Positions 23,837 through 25,217 of a stretch of DNA of 25,217 nucleotides are shown in pieces; the first letter of the stretch is position 1; every line of letters begins with the position of its first letter. The stretch spans positions 1 through 25,217 of IMG/VR virus record IMGVR_UViG_3300032136_000022; one strand, given 5' to 3'. The notes under the pieces are model-generated. The model saw only the letters and a program-made list of their open reading frames with translations. It was not told where the DNA came from and ran no database searches. This DNA comes from a virus (taxonomy: Duplodnaviria > Caudoviricetes). A program made the translations under genes and the position numbers.

Positions 23837-25217
23837 ATGGCAGATGTTTATTCCATATTGATTGAGGGCGGATCAGGATCAGACTGGTGGGACGGGACCG
23901 AATCCTGGGGCGGTGAGGTATCTGAAGCCGCAAGGGACGCGAAGTATTCGACTCGTATTTTTACATCCATGTCTGCGTGGGAAGCCGATAGGGATGCCAA
24001 TGCCGGGTCAGGTGACGCTGAGAAGTTAATTATAGTCGGGCCATTTACGTCTGCGGATACTACCGTATGTAATTTAGACGACAACGATGCTGATAGCATG
24101 GGTATTTATTGCCCGATAACTCTCAACGATGGACAAGCAAATCAGGCCCGGCATGACGGGAAGTGGAACACAACAGCTTATAGGCTGGTCGCTGATGGAT
24201 ATTATGGCGCAATCGTGCCAAAGCACAAGGTGAACATAATTTCGGGCATTCAAATCCAAAACGAAAGCAGCAATGCCGGGGATGGAGTTGGCATAAGTCG
24301 GCGTTTTGTCCCTGATGCTGCTGATTTAACTGTCTACGATTGCATAATAAAATCAGACAATAGCAACGGAATCGGTGGAACTGATAAAACAGGCGATGAA
24401 CACACTTATTTAATTTACAACAATGTTCTTTATGACTGCGGAAATGATGCTATCAGTTTTTCATCCGGCACAACAAGTGACGTTTTTATAATCTCAAATA
24501 ACACTATTGTTGATTGCGCTGGCGGTTTGAACATACTCCTTTACGGAGGCAGCGATACAATAGATATTAGAAATAATCTAATTTTCAATTCTTCAACAGA
24601 ATACTCTTTCACAAGCACAGCAACAACTTCTACCATAACAAATAACGCTTATTCGTCCGGCAGTGATCCCGGTTCTTCTGGCGTCGATCTTTCAGGATAC
24701 GCCGGGACTGATATTTTCAATGACTACAGCAGCGATGATTTTTCATTGAAGGCCGGAAGCCCTGTAATAGATCAGGGTGCGACACTAACTTATGATTACG
24801 ACATATTAGGAGTATCAAGGCCTCAAAATAGCGTATGGGATATTGGTGCCTTTGAATATGTCGCGTCATCCCAAACGTACCAGGCGACGGCGGCGGACGG
24901 GATAGAAGCGACCGACGCCCCGGCGCGGATCCTGACCGGGGGCCGGACGGCGACCGACGGCGTCGACGCTGGCGATGTTATCGCGGCGGAGGCGACCCTG
25001 TTAGTATCTGCCGGCGACGGCGCCGACCTGTCCGACGCCCCGGCAACGGTGGCGACTTTTCGAACCGATTTGACCGATGGCGCCGAAGCCGGCGACGTCC
25101 CGTCGGCGGTCGGTACTTTGCGCGGCGGCGCGTCCGACGGGGTCGCGGCCGGGGACACGGCGGCGGGGGCGGCGACCTTCCGGCCGGCGGCGGTCGACGG
25201 CCTGACCCTATCGGACG
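23837..25217 (+). CDS. 3'-truncated right-handed beta-helix (pectin-lyase-like) protein with a DIGAFEY motif followed by 20-aa repeats; putative tailspike/fibre
   Basis: Absent from the ORF track because it has no stop. Manual translation is open from ATG 23837 to the end: IYNNVLYDC, ISNNTIVDC, IRNNLIFN, ITNNAY ladders, then DFSLKAGSPVIDQG...DILGVSRP...WDIGAFEY. Confidence 0.85.
   Translation, partial: MADVYSILIEGGSGSDWWDGTESWGGEVSEAARDAKYSTRIFTSMSAWEADRDANAGSGDAEKLIIVGPFTSADTTVCNLDDNDADSMGIYCPITLNDGQANQARHDGKWNTTAYRLVADGYYGAIVPKHKVNIISGIQIQNESSNAGDGVGISRRFVPDAADLTVYDCIIKSDNSNGIGGTDKTGDEHTYLIYNNVLYDCGNDAISFSSGTTSDVFIISNNTIVDCAGGLNILLYGGSDTIDIRNNLIFNSSTEYSFTSTATTSTITNNAYSSGSDPGSSGVDLSGYAGTDIFNDYSSDDFSLKAGSPVIDQGATLTYDYDILGVSRPQNSVWDIGAFEYVASSQTYQATAADGIEATDAPARILTGGRTATDGVDAGDVIAAEATLLVSAGDGADLSDAPATVATFRTDLTDGAEAGDVPSAVGTLRGGASDGVAAGDTAAGAATFRPAAVDGLTLSD
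24881..25217 (+). repeat. Degenerate 60-nt (20-aa) tandem coding repeats
   Basis: QATAADGIEATDAPARILTG / GRTATDGVDAGDVIAAEATL / LVSAGDGADLSDAPATVATF / RTDLTDGAEAGDVPSAVGTL / RGGASDGVAAGDTAAGAATF / RPAAVDGLTLSD. Confidence 0.8.

Larger units (their letters stand above)
1..25217 (+). mobile_element. Tailed phage/prophage late region (packaging, head, non-contractile tail, lysis); extends beyond both ends
   Basis: Canonical co-oriented order terS-terL-gpW-portal-protease-capsid-neck-tail tube-chaperone-TMP-tail tip-lysis, with many ATGA/TGATG overlaps. Confidence 0.97.

Noticed and set aside
24823-25158. Minus-strand 111-aa ORF
   Set aside because: Antisense to the repeat region of the open + strand gene starting at 23837
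1-25217. Alternative genetic code as an explanation for the skewed codon use
   Set aside because: Conserved proteins translate intact with the standard code, TAA, TGA and TAG all end genes, and the depletion is not frame-specific
24881-25217. CRISPR-like array (60-nt periodicity)
   Set aside because: The periodicity is at the protein level with degenerate DNA; there are no identical repeats with unique spacers

Overview
The whole window is the late (virion morphogenesis and lysis) operon of a GC-rich tailed phage or prophage, with every credible gene on the + strand. The order is: small zinc-finger and hypothetical genes, terminase small subunit, two hypotheticals, an O-antigen-ligase-like membrane protein, lambda gpA-type terminase large subunit, gpW-like adaptor, lambda-type portal, ClpP-type protease/scaffold, head decoration protein, Mu gpT-type major capsid protein, neck genes, three tail-tube paralogs, a G/GT-type chaperone pair, tape measure protein, an Asp-box-containing distal tail protein, a tail-tip hub, a lysis cassette, and a beta-helix protein that runs off the right end. 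No sheath gene is visible, so the tail is probably non-contractile. No integrase, att site, RNA gene or CRISPR array was seen. Four things stand out: (1) a very strong depletion of the trinucleotide GAG and its complement CTC, which even turns the Shine-Dalgarno sites into poly-G; (2) a WaaL/Wzy-like ligase translationally coupled inside the packaging operon; (3) a triplicated tail-tube gene, two copies of which carry inserted domains; (4) a low-GC, GAG-tolerant cassette fused in frame to a native repeat stalk. All counts are from reading by eye, and family assignments come from motif recognition and gene order, not database searches.
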